Shown: one piece after another, positions 51,165 to 62,801 of the stretch
Position numbering within the stretch: position 1 is the stretch's first letter
Layout: each line of letters opens with the position of its first letter
Assembly (NCBI GenBank): GCA_003427395.1
Contig: BFEA01000001.1
Coordinates: 3,021,721-3,084,521, forward strand
From: Chara braunii
Lineage: Eukaryota > Plantae > Charophyceae
DNA length: 62,801 nt
Direction: 5' to 3'
Notes under the pieces: model-generated
What the model was told of the DNA's origin: nothing
What the model saw: only the letters and a program-made list of their open reading frames with translations
Databases searched by the model: none
Program-made: the position numbers and the translations under genes

Positions 51165-52579
51165 CACACACACACACCAGAAACATGTCCTGCGCAAACG
51201 CATCAAACGCGTTTAAACGTGTTCAATGAACGTGCGTTCACCGCCTTCAAGACGTGAACGCAAAACGCGTGTCCATCGAACGCGTTGCAACACAGTCGCT
51301 CGCTCCCCCAAATTACACGCTGGTGCCCCGCCGCCTTCCTTGCTGTAAATTTGTGTGACCCTCTCCTTTCCTCCTCTTTGATCTTGGTTGCAATGCTATG
51401 CAAGCTATGCGCAAAGGTTACAGTGCCGAACAGGCTCAACATGCCCAAGAATGGGTGGGGTCAGGGCGTGGGGTAAGCTCAATTGTAGTTTCAGTGGATG
51501 GTGGACGGAGGAACGGAGCGATGGTGGAGACCAAGGTGCAGCCAGTGGCAGGGTCTTGTGGCTATGCTGGCATGCCTTTGGTTGCTGTGCACGTAGAGTG
51601 CCATCTTTATTAAGTTTTCATATAAATTTGCGAGGGAATTCTGTTTCTTCTCCATTACTGCTTTGTCCAAGTGTCATGTGTACTAACTGTGCGACGAAGT
51701 CGTATGCATGACCTGGGTTGCAAGCTCTGAATGGTTGCATGATGCTTCGCTGTGAAAAAGTCTTTGGGTGTGTGGTGCGAATACACAATCGCCCGGTCAT
51801 TGATGGGTTGTTTTCAACTTTTCACCCTTGTTAATTGGATTGGTCTCCACCGTCTACGTTGAAGTATGAGTGTGCTGGCATCCCTTAGCCCCGACTAATT
51901 ATGTGATCTCCGTGCCGCATGTGTGGGTGAAGATCGCCGCCCCAGTCCCCTCTTTCCATCTTCCGCACCCTTTGTGTGTAAGTGCCACGTGGCTGACTGT
52001 CATAATCATTTTGCGGACATGGTTCTCGTCTAGTGCAAAGTGGTAATTGTTTTTTGGTCGCTACCTCAATATCTAAATAGGTATGGGGTCTTGGTCGAGA
52101 TTAAGTGTGGATTGCATGGAGTCGCGGTTTGCTCGTCCCAATGTAAGTACACGATCCTGCCCGTGCTCAACCCTTACGTCAATCCGCCATAGAAGCCTTA
52201 CCACCTTTCCGGTCGCAAACGAAGACAGACTCTACTGCGACGCAGATGTGCGAAACTGTCAAAAGCTTGCCACATCAGTGGGGAGGGTTTTGTGTTGATT
52301 GATCGATTCGCTTCTCCCCAACTGATAGTGCCTTATTTGGATCTCATGATACTCACCTGGTCCGCGGCACGTACTGTGTCGCAGCCTTAGTTTAAACCAG
52401 TTAAAACCACCAGTAGCTATCGGTCGCGGGCGATTCCCGTTAACGCGCTGGTAGTTGCGGGCTTCGGGGCACCGAACTGCAATGGCTGGAAGCGCCAACC
52501 AAAATTGAAACGAAACGGTGCCCCGACGACTCGGCAAAACTTGGCGCGCAGGGGGTATCCCGGCTCAGCATCAATAGCT

Positions 52580-52990
52580 GGGCCAAGTACTGGTGGTTTA
52601 ACTGCAGGTGGTGCCAGCTTGGGAACATGTGTTCCTGGCCGCGGTTGGTGCTGGGGTACGACGAGTCTGTTCGGTTCCCAAATATTACCTTGGCCTGACT
52701 TGCGTCCTTTCCGAAAATGCCCACGGAACTGAGGCAAGAACCCATGTTTCATCCCGGTGGTTCAATCCCCCGCCCAAAATCCTAGGCCCCGCCCCAATCA
52801 CTCTGATCGGCATCCTCAAGGGTATGAGATGTTGCACGGGGCGTGAGGTTAGCGTATCACAAGCCCTATCCTGGGAAGGTAGCATCTTGGAGGAAATTGC
52901 TGCTTTCTGGGGGGTAAGGGCAGCAATCAAGGGTTGCTCTATTCTGGGGCCGGTGTTGACTGAACGTATTAAACCACCAGTACTTGGCCC
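52580..52990. repeat. Perfect 22-bp inverted repeat GGGCCAAGTACTGGTGGTTTAA
   Basis: Arms at 52580-52601 and 52969-52990; degenerate third copy at ~52401. Confidence 0.85.
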
Positions 52991-53317
52991 ATACATCGGC
53001 CGCGGGGCTTTCCCGTTAATGCGCCGTGACCCCAGGGCCTCTGGGCCAGTTAGTCAGGCCGGAACGGTGAGGACCTTGCGGGCCCGTATGCGACAAGGCT
53101 GGTAGCTGTTAGCTGACATAGGTTCACTGCCGTTTGGACCTGCCCGCGGCGCCTACGTACGGAATCCCCAAAATTGTACGGACGAAATCCTGAAGCGTAA
53201 GAGGAAAAAAAAAAAATGAGGGCGGTTTTGTGCAGCACAGTGGCCGTTGCGAGTTCCCCCACGTGCGACCGCGTCCGCCCCGTCTGCCATTATCGGGCTT
53301 CGTCGTTGTTGCCTTTC

Positions 53318-53354
53318 TGAGAGAGAGAGGGGGAGAGAGAGAGAAAGAGAGAGG

Positions 53355-53406
<52 letters not shown>

Positions 53407-53511
53407 NNNNNNNNNNNNNNNNNNNNNNNNNNNNNNNNNNNNNNNNNNNNNNNNNNNNNNNNNNNNNNNNNNNNNNNNNNNNNNNNNNNNNNNNNNNNNN
53501 NNNNNNNNNNN

Positions 53512-53595
<84 letters not shown>
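53318..53595. other. (GA)n flanking an assembly gap
   Basis: Read directly. Confidence 0.95.
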
Positions 53596-53598
<3 letters not shown>

Positions 53599-55168
53599 CA
53601 CATGGTGTGGCGGACCCACCAGGTGTGGTGCTCCGCCAGGGATAGAGATGGAGATGGGGGAAGAAGGGGGAGCGAGATGGCACAGTGTGGCTCCCACGCT
53701 AGACTCCAACGCACGTACTCCAAAGTGTGCGGATGTAGAATGAATCGGAAAACAAACAACAACTGAGGTATACCCCAGCGGACTGACGGGACTGGACTGG
53801 ACTACCCCAAATACAACACAAGCCTGTGAGAACAGGCTAAGGGGCTGGTCTCACAGGCCAACCAGAGGTCCGCTACATGATTCTCGGCCTGTGATGGATC
53901 GCGTAGATACAAGCACACTTCCGCCAAGAAGCGGAACTCTAGCAAAGAAAAGAAAACCTGAGTAGTCTAGGATGCGTAGCAAGCTCCACGCTGAGTCCAT
54001 GCGATGCAAGCTAGGATAGAAAATGTCACAAAAACAGCAATGTCACAACGAACAGCCTAGGTAAAAGCATAAGCAACTAACTAGCATAAATGTCCTAGGA
54101 AAGCAGAAAGTAATGACAACTAAACCCTAGAATGTTAGAGGCGGTAGCCTCGGTCTGGAAATAGTTGATTAGTGAATAAGTCCTAAGAACATCAAAAGTA
54201 GAAACAACTAAATCCTAGAATGTCAAAGGCAGTAGCCTCAGTCCGAGAGCAACAAATCAACAACAAGACAACCATATGTCACAGGAGAAGTGTGTCGCGA
54301 ACCAAAGGGTGGGATGGTCTCTGAGGGTGGCGAATGTAGCCTAGGGGTCGATAACTCCTAAGGGCATCCACACAAAATGACAGGGAGACACATGTCATCA
54401 GGCTCAATGAGGGTAGGGAATTGGGAGCGAACAGAACCAATGACCCTAACAGATAGACCATCAGGGCGGGTAATGCTCGACTAAAGGGGTGACCGCTATG
54501 GAGGGTCGACCATGCAAGGGAACAAGGGAGCCTGATATACTGGGCGCACCTAGATGAAGCATGCGAGGCTGCCTAACTAGGGCGTGAGGGCCGACAAAGG
54601 GTAGAAAAATGATGTGTAAGAGAATCATGTAAATGACTCCTAAGGTGGGGAAGTCGGCGCTGGATCCGTAAGTTGGGAAGACAAGGCAACGCTACGGTCC
54701 CGATGCCTATGTGTATACCAAGGGAGAGCCCAACTTAGAGGAACCCGACGAAGAGAGACCATCATGTGACACAACCAGGGTACTGTACAGGGTAAAGTGG
54801 TAAGAGAGTGATGACGTCTGAAGTAGGCACGACTGATCGTGACAAAGTCCATGAAGCTGCCGATGGCGTCCACCATGAGAAGTCCGGAATGTCGTCGAGG
54901 AAGAGCCACAACGTCGACGAGCTGAAGTAGCAAAACTGGTGTGGATGGAGTACTGAGAAGTCACAAACATGGGAAGGGAAGTCAGAGTCAATCGTCGTAT
55001 CAAGCAGGACGACGACGAGTGTGCTGTGGACGCTCAGAAGTATCCGACTGCTGTTGAAGGTCTGCCTCAAATGGAGCAGGCTGGACTTCAGTCGTCTCCT
55101 TAGACGAGGGAGAAGGAGGAGGGTCAGTGGGCTGAGGAGGAGCAGTCAACCCAGCACGACGAGCACGG

Positions 55169-58100
55169 TCATAGGCACGCACCAACACGCGAGTGTGCTG
55201 CAAGTGCTCGAGGGATCTCCCGAGTAGCCTCCTCATCAGGGTAACCCTTCCAACGTACGAGATACTCGACATGGGGAGGGTTCTCGTCGGTGACTTGGCG
55301 ACCAATGATGTCTGAAACGAGGAACTCCTTGTGGCTGTCCACCATGATGGGTGGAGGGCGCTCGTATGGTCGTCCAGCGAAACGCTCAGACGGTCTATGG
55401 TAGGGGCGCGGTAACGAGACGTGGTAGACATCGTGCACACGAGCCTGGCGTAGGTAGTCGGGCAGCTTCACACAGAAGTTGACCGGGCTAGATGCCGTAT
55501 CAGAACCGATGGCCTGGAGATGGGCCATGGGCCAAAGAAGCGACGCCGAAACTTGTGAAGCGTGTCCGCTTCGAACTGTAAGTGGTGGGTGTCGATAAGC
55601 ACATCATCACCGACTTTGAATGAATGATCTATCCTCGGTCGGTTCGCACGTGCGGCCATGCGAGTCTGGGAAGCGGCTATGTGTTCATGTGCTGTCTTCA
55701 TGATCGACGTCATGTGTGCAACCCAGTCATCCAGCGTGGCACAACTCGTGTTGGGGTGCATCTGTGACGGTCGAAGGAAGTCCGCGAGAACACGAGGGTG
55801 ATAACCGAGGTCGCAATAGTAAGGCGATATCCCCGTGGTTGGCGAGACAGCGTGGTTGTAGGCTATCTCTGCATGGGCAAGATGGAGATCCCACGGCTGG
55901 TCGTCACGAACAATCTTTCGGAGAATATCTCCAAGAGTCCTGTTCGTGACCTCAGTCTGACCATCAGTCTGGGGATGGTAAGATGAGGAGAAGCGGAGCT
56001 GGGTGCCGTATACCTCGTGGAGCCGTCGCCAGAACAGGCTGGTAAAGCGCGGGTCACAGTTAGATATGATGCTCAGAGGTAAGTCGTGGTCACGCACGAC
56101 TCGGTCAAACACGATGTCGGCGACCTCACGTGCACTGATGGCATAGCGGCACGAAACAAAGCATGCACGCTTCGTAAAACGATCGACGACGATCAGGATA
56201 GCATCATGACCGCGGGGGGTCGGAGGACGAAGAGGACCGATAAAGTTCATCGAGATGGACTGCCAACGACCCTCAGGGATAGGAAGAGCCTGGAGCAAAC
56301 CATAAGGCAAGTGGTTCGCACTGTTCACCTCCTGACAGGTGGGACACTCTACGACGTAGTCCTTCACAAAGTCCTTGCGCTTCGGCCAGACGTACAGGCG
56401 GCTCATACAAGCCAACGTCTTGTGGAAGCCCATATGACCGGCGACTGCCTGGTCATGGAACTCTGCTACTGCCCCGACACGTAGCTGTCCAGTGGAGGGA
56501 ATGAAAATACGGGGCCCTCTGGTGCCCTGTGAACCGTGCCAGTACACAAGACCGTTGTCCCCGAGAGAGTAGTTCGGGACGGTCTTGCTACTCCGAAGGG
56601 TCGCATGGATGTCGCGATAGTCGGGGCAGTGACGGTACTGAGTGTGAAACTCGTCGATCACCAAGTGGTGAACGGTGGTGACTGAGATGGAAGCGAGTTG
56701 GATCTGCGCCTGATCGTGGTCAGGACGCCGGGATAAGGTATCTATGACCCGATTAGTCTCACCCTTGATGTGCTCAATGGTGAAACTAAACTCGGATGGT
56801 CGCGCCACCAGCGAGCCTGTCGAGGAGTGAGCTTCGATTTTGTCAAAAAAACCTGGACAACAGAGTTGTCCGTGCGCACCGTGAATGGTGCCCCGTGCAG
56901 GTAGTGACGCCATTGCCGAGCGGCATAAACTACTACGAGAACCTCACGTTCATCAGCAGTGTAGTTTATCTCGGCGGACAGGAGCTGACGGGAGTAGAAG
57001 GTTATCGGACAATCACCTGAGCGAGACTCGACAGTGCCGTCCTCGGCAATGGTAGGGGAGTAGTCTATAGAAGGCTCGTCAGTAGCGGAACGAGTAGGCG
57101 TCAGGCGGGAGGCAGTGGTAGGGGTAGGGGGTGGGAAGCGAGGGATACGAGGATGAGAGGAATCAGGAGAGGAAGGGAAAATATGAGAAAGCACTACTCC
57201 TACAGCAAAGTCTGACGCATCAGTGGTAAGGATAAGAGGGCGATCAAAATCGGGTAGGTGAAGAACCGGTGCACATGTCACCGCCTTCTTGAGGGCGTGG
57301 AAGGCGTCCTCGTGGAGGGGTGTCCAAGCCCATGGCAGGTTCTTCCGGAGGAGGGTGGAGGTAAGAACGTAGGAATGCCTAGCGTATCCCTGGATGAAAT
57401 TACTATAGTAGCTGGTAAGGCCTAGAAAGCTGCGAAGCTGCTTGGCGGATGTGGGGACGGGCCACTCCGCAATAGCAGTGATTTTTGCGTCGTCCATGTG
57501 GAGACCCTGGTAAGACACGTAGTGTCCTAAGAAATCCACTTTGTGTTGGGCAAAGCAGCACTTGCTCAGCTTGGCATAGAAGCCATGTCTGCACAAGCCG
57601 TAAAGGACGTCGCGGAGGTGTCTGAGGTGTTCCTCAACGGTACGATTGTAGACCAGGATATCGTCGAGGTAGACGAGAACGTACTGCTCTAGGATGTCCC
57701 CGAAGATGTTGTTCATCGCCCTCTGGAAGGTAGTGGGTGCGTTGGTGAGGTCGAATGGCATCAAACTGATATTTCGTTAAAACTGACATTTTTTTCTAAA
57801 TTCACGAAAGTGGACTTAGTCAAAATTTCATTGCTCATCGGGTGAGAAACTGGTTATCTCACTTTGTCCATCTGATGTACCTCAACGTAAAGTGCCGTTA
57901 ACATACATCCGATAGTCAGATCATCAGGAGTCGCCACGACACCCGATAATGTGATCATCCGACGTCATGAGGACAAAAAAAACACTAAAAAATGTTGTTT
58001 TTTGGTACGCTCAATTTCGTGAATTTAGAAAAAAATGTCAGTTTTAACGAAATGTCAGTTATCACCGTAAACTCATAGTGGCCGAAGCACGATCGGAGCA

Positions 58101-59340
58101 CTGTCTTCGGCTGATCCGCTGCAGCGACGCGGATCTGATGGTAACCGCTACGAAGATCAATCTTCGTAAAAAAGCGGTTGCTTGCTAGGTGGTCGAACAA
58201 CTCGTCGAAACGAGGCATGGGTTAGTTGTTCTTAACCGTGTAGCGGTTGAGGCCACGATAGTCGATGCAGAGACGGAGAGTTTCATCCGTTTTGCGAGCA
58301 AAGAAGACGGGTGCACCCCATAGGGAGTTGCTGGGTTTAATGAAACCCAGTCTAAGGAGCTCCTCAAGCCGACGCTTGAGTTCGGTGGCATCGGGGATCG
58401 AGAGTCTGTAGGGTGCCTGGTGCTGAGCACGATAGTCAAGCACGAATTGGATGGAGTGCTCGACGTCGCGCATCGGTGGGATGCCGGCGTACGAAAACGA
58501 CGATGGGAAAACATCATGGTACTCTCGAATGAGGTCACGAAGTGCGGGCTCCAGATCGGACGTATAGCGTGCGAGTTCCTCAGCTTCAGCGTCAGTGCGC
58601 GACGGCGAGGTGGACTCGAGGGACGGCGGAGGGACGGAAGTAGAGATGGGAGCCATGGAGATAGAAGGAGGATTTAGCTCCAGAGGGATGAGCTCGGCGT
58701 CGGGACAGGGTGGATCATAGTGTAAGACATCCGTCACGTTCACCATACAGAAGGTGACGTCATCTTGTTGGATGAAGTAGGCGAACTGTTGAGGCGAGGT
58801 GACAGTGATAGAAGGAGATGGTGTGGGTACGGAAGGCTCCGGGGGAGGAGGATCGGGGCGTGGTGTCGCAGTGGTACCTATGAAAGGTACGCCATACATT
58901 TGTCCACACTTTGTTTTGAGAACGAGAGTGTTGGTCGCCCAATCGGCCTCGGTACTGCGGAACCGACGAGACCACGGAGTGCCGAGAATGAAATCATACC
59001 CCGTCTCCATCATATCGAAATGTGCAGAGGAGCGGTGGCGACGAGACTCTGGGGGACGATCGGTCGGCTCGAGGGTGAGGAAGAAGGGGAGGCCGGTGAC
59101 CGTCTGATCGGAGAAGCGTTGGGTCTTGTCATCCCCTAGGGTGACGGAGATGGGAGCCGGAGACCCTGTCGTGGGTAAGCGGGCTTCTTTCACCACACGT
59201 GGGTGAATGAAGTCGCCCTGAGAATCGGAATCCCACAACACTGAGTACGCCCTTGTGGAGGTCCCCAGTCGTACTGGAATGATCGGGAGGGTGCGATCAG
59301 GGTCAGAGAGGATGGTGAGGAGGGGACGCAGTGCAGCGAC
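55169..59340 (-). pseudogene. pol: pol: protease (LWDSDS), RT (YLDD, split by MITE), RNase H, integrase (HMG..CPTC), chromodomain (EFLVSDII..YLVRWKGY)
   Basis: ORFs 58222-59241, 57985-58218, 56742-57764, 55468-56913, 55169-55528. Confidence 0.94.
57764..58060. mobile_element. 297-bp MITE with 46-bp TIRs and 4-bp TSD ATCA, inserted in RT
   Basis: TIR AACTGA(T/C)ATTTCGTTAAAACTGACATTTTTTTCTAAATTCACGAAA (1 mismatch); TSD 57760-57763 and 58061-58064; removal restores YEFTVMPF. Confidence 0.95.
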
Positions 59341-59687
59341 ATGGAGGGTGAGTCACTCCTGACGAGCATGGAGCAAGCTCAAGTCCAGAATAGAGGACAC
59401 AACGTCCTCACGAGTTGCAAGCTGCTTGCTGCAACGGGTTGAGCGAATGGTTCGACACGTCGGTAGTCGCGGCGGGGTAGGAGGGGAGGCGGTGGTCTGC
59501 GGAGGCGCAGACCGTACTGCGACAGAGGGTTAAGTACACTCTGTTGGGTCCTGCGATACCTCATCTCCAATAGCGAGAGGGGCAAACCGCGACGGGGATG
59601 TCGGGAAGCCGACTACTGAGAAGGGCGCAGGTGTACACTGCACCATGGCTAGGAGGTGCCACGGGGATGCGAGGCGGCGGGGGGGGA

Positions 59688-61691
59688 CTAAGCATGACAC
59701 TGGCGGGAAAGGTCAGCGTAGTGGCGGTCGAGGGCGGCGGTGTAAGGGCACCTCGAGGAGGTATGACCGTCCTGGCGGCAGCGCAAACACCCACGCCGAT
59801 CCAGAATGGCCGCGGGCTCCTCAGCGGAAAGGACACCGCGAGGAGGGACAAAACCCTGATCGAGGTCCTGCTGAAGGACCTCGGGGGGCGACGCATCAGC
59901 GTGACTAGAGCGTCTGCGTGCCCGGGAGAGGGTGGAGAGGATGAGCTGGAGACGCTCGGCCATAGGGAGAGTAGAGTCCTCCAGGCTCCAGGTGGTAGTG
60001 GATGGCCTCGTCGAGGTCGAGGTCGTTGCCATGGTCACCCTCTAGCGACAGCGGGGCAACAACGTCCTGCTCACCATACTCGAGCGCGCTGAAGCAGCAT
60101 GAGAAGTGGAGGCTCTGCTGCGCGGAACGGCGGGGGCGACCGTTGAAAAGGGAATGGCGCTGGGAGGTGTCATGAGAGGAGGAGGGGGTGTAGCCAGTAC
60201 ACTGAGGCTGGGAGGAGGAGCCGGAGTGAAGACGGGCCCGCATCCGTTGATGGGTCCTAGCGGCCTCGTAAGCCTGCGGGGCCGATGTGAACTCGTACCG
60301 CCATAACTCGGAGCGGTACTCAAGGGGAAGGCTGGCCAAGAAACGGTCGATGAGGGCTGCCTCGGGGAGGAACACCACATCACAAATGAGGCGGGCATCC
60401 TGAAAGACCTGGATGTGGCGGTCCAGGTCGGCAGCGCCACCAGAGTCGGACTAGCGTGTGCTGATGACTCGCTCGAAGGTGTTAGTGACGTCATGTCGGG
60501 CTCCGAAGCGATCCTCGAGGAATGCCTGAAAATCCATGAAGGTCGGGGTCCGACCCTCACGAAGGGAGTGCGCGTAGAAATCCTCCCAGGCCTCGAAAGG
60601 ACCGCCACGCAAGCACGTGGAGAGGTGACCCACCCACGTGTCGGGTGGGGCGCCCATGAGCTGGAGCGTGCGGGTGACAGACTGCAGTCACCGAGACACG
60701 TGTATCCCTGTACCGTCGTACAAGGCAATGTCCGCCGAGCGGACGAGTGGTGCACCACCATTTGGGGGCGGGGGGATCGAGGAGCAGAGGCCTATGCCAC
60801 GACTGAGTAAATCGGCGCAGGTCCTGGAGAAAGAGGCGCAACTGACTGTACGCCCGGGCCGCATGGGGGAGCAGTGGGGGCAACAGCGGCAGGCTGCGAG
60901 GGAGTTGCGGTAGAAGAGGTCGCAGCAACCGAGGGAATAGGAAGAAGGTAGGATGGGGCTGGATAGGGTGCAGGGCGAGGAAAACGAGCCTGCATGGAAG
61001 GAAGAGTAGAGGAAGGAGAGGGTGCGGCCGAAGGCGCGGCCACCTGTGAGGGTGGGGGTGGCTGAAGGCGTAAGAGGGCGAGGTCGGCCCGGGTCTGGGC
61101 AAGCTCGTCCTCGAGACGTTGAACGTAAATCGAGCGAGGAGTGGCAGGAGGAAGAGTGGGGGAAGTGGACGTACGTGCGGCGCAGGGCATCCCGCAGGGG
61201 GGAGAGCCAGGTGGCGCTGCGGTCGTGCGAAGGGGGGGGAGAAGCGGGGCACCCGGAAAAGATGAGACCACGGCAGCGGGTTGTGGTCCTGTGACTGTAG
61301 TGACTGGAATCTGGGCGGGTGCGCCCGTAGGGTGAGGGAGGACCTGGCCCGTGGTGGCCGTCGCGCTATGAGCGTGGACGGTCACCAAGATGGTCGGGTC
61401 GGGGGCGGCAGAGGAGGAAGCTCCGTCGTGGCCACCATGTTGGAGGACGGGGGACTCGGACTGGGAGCCAGGAGAAGAGAGATAGTGGGGAGAGGAAGGA
61501 CGACCAGCGTCCTAGAGTTGTCGGAGGCCAGCGGCAAGAGTCACCATCTGCGTCTGTAAGGGCGCAAGGAGGGAGGTGATGAGGGTGTGCAGATCTCCCT
61601 GGGGCTGATGGCCCTGATCCGTCGGCACGGGTGTGGAGCCCGATGCCGAGGTCGTCCCCGCCTCGACGGCTTGTGACACGCCGTCGGCCAT
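59688..61691 (-). pseudogene. gag: gag remnant (Pro-rich N-terminus, Gag core, knuckle CLRCRQDGHTSSRC)
   Basis: ORFs 61512-61901, 60792-61388, 60451-60657 (FQAFLEDRF), 59905-60378 (DRFLASLP), 59688-60038. Confidence 0.85.
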
Positions 61692-62155
61692 GGGGAGGTA
61701 ACGGGCCGGACTAGAAAGGGTCGGAGGAGGTCCGCGTGAGCGGAGGGCGTAGGGGGAAGTTTGCGATAAAAGGCGACGAGCGGCGCTAGTAAATCGAGCG
61801 CGGGCGCCGTCAAAGGGGGAAGGGTGGTTCGGATCCAGGGTGGCCGAATGAGAAGGGAAAGTAAGGGGGGTTAGGAAAACCTTAAACCCTAGAAAAACCA
61901 TAAAAAAACCCTAACCGGAGTTTAAGTGGTTAAGGTAGGGTACCGGTGACCTAATCAAGAAAATAAAATAGCAAGCATAGGGGGGGAATGCGGGAGAAAA
62001 AATAATAAACAGCGAAATTTCGAGAGAAAAATAAAAATAAATAAGAAAATAAATAAATAATAAAAATAATTAAAGAAATAAGGAAACAAAATATGAAAAA
62101 AGAAATAATATTTATTAGCTAAGCGCCCGCGATGCGGGCGGTGTGAGCAATGCCC

Positions 62156-62204
<49 letters not shown>

Positions 62205-62241
62205 TAGGCCCAAACCAACTGCCAAAAAAAAAAACTTAGGC

Positions 62242-62801
62242 CCACACCATGCTTCACCACACTCAAAACGCGCATTGCGGCAGCTAAGAAGTGCGCATGA
62301 ATTTTATTTTTTTGCTAGCGAATAGTCAAGAGTATTATTCTTTTTTCGTTTTTTTAACAGGCTAGGCGGCGGGCTTCCTGTTACACTTGGATCCATATCT
62401 TGCTTCGCCACACACCAAACCCTCACCGGACCGCTAAGAAGTGCATGTGAATGTTTTTTTTTTCCCAATATATATACTGAGGAATATATTTTTTTTTTTT
62501 TTTCAAGTTGCGGGGGGGGGGGCTCCGCCCCCCTCTCGCCGCACCCGCCCCCCCAATTTTGGACGTGGATCCACACCATGCTTCACCACACTCAAAACGC
62601 GCACTGAAGCAGGAAAGAAGTGCGCATGAATTTTATTTTTTTAATAGTCAAGAGCATTATTCTTTTTTTCTTTTTTTCACAGGCTAGGCGGCGAGCTTTC
62701 CGTTGCACTATCTTGCTTCACCACACACCAAACCCACACCGGCCCGCTAAGAAGTGCATGTGAATGTTTTTTTTTTTCCCAATATATATACTGAGGAATA
62801 T
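62242..62801 (+). repeat. Tandem repeat with ~329-bp period (about 1.7 copies, runs off the window)
   Basis: CCACACCATGCTTCACCACACTCAAAACGCGCA at 62242 and 62571, colinear thereafter. Confidence 0.9.

Larger units (their letters stand above)
49687..53855 (+). repeat. Long LTR-like repeat, copy B (contains a ~1.1-kb insertion, gaps and microsatellites; right end uncertain)
   Basis: Starts TGTAACAAG after purine-rich GGAATGGGGGTAG; colinear with 7625-8696 and 18090-18580; candidate end TCTCACA. Confidence 0.55.
54300..61900 (-). mobile_element. Ty3/Gypsy chromovirus, degenerate; LTRs not confidently delimited
   Basis: gag(CCHC)-PR-RT-RNaseH-IN-chromodomain on the minus strand. Confidence 0.9.

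Overview
Eukaryotic, transposon-saturated draft-assembly window. It is probably from a charophyte/plant genome such as Chara; this is an inference from the element types and style, not verified. I found no intact host gene, RNA gene or CRISPR array. The window is a stack of nested, decayed mobile elements: at least five Ty3/Gypsy LTR retrotransposon remnants (three ending in chromodomains), a family of long LTR-like repeats present twice, and four L1/Tx1-type LINE copies (one full-length, 9.3 kb, with a 16-bp TSD). Three DNA-transposon-type insertions are delimited by TIR and TSD: a hAT-like element, a 297-bp MITE with a 4-bp TSD, and an unclassified 3.9-kb element with CTGAGTA ends and an 8-bp TSD. 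There are also tandem repeats, microsatellites and N gaps, and two Nextera adaptor remnants that are assembly artefacts. The most notable signals are the unclassified 3.9-kb transposon with a spliced gene relic, a GGGAAAC + GNRA-hairpin -1 frameshift cassette, a conserved multi-hairpin RNA tail shared by two divergent LINEs, the AACTG-ended MITE, and codon-periodic divergence inside a long LTR-like repeat. All alignments and counts were done by eye.
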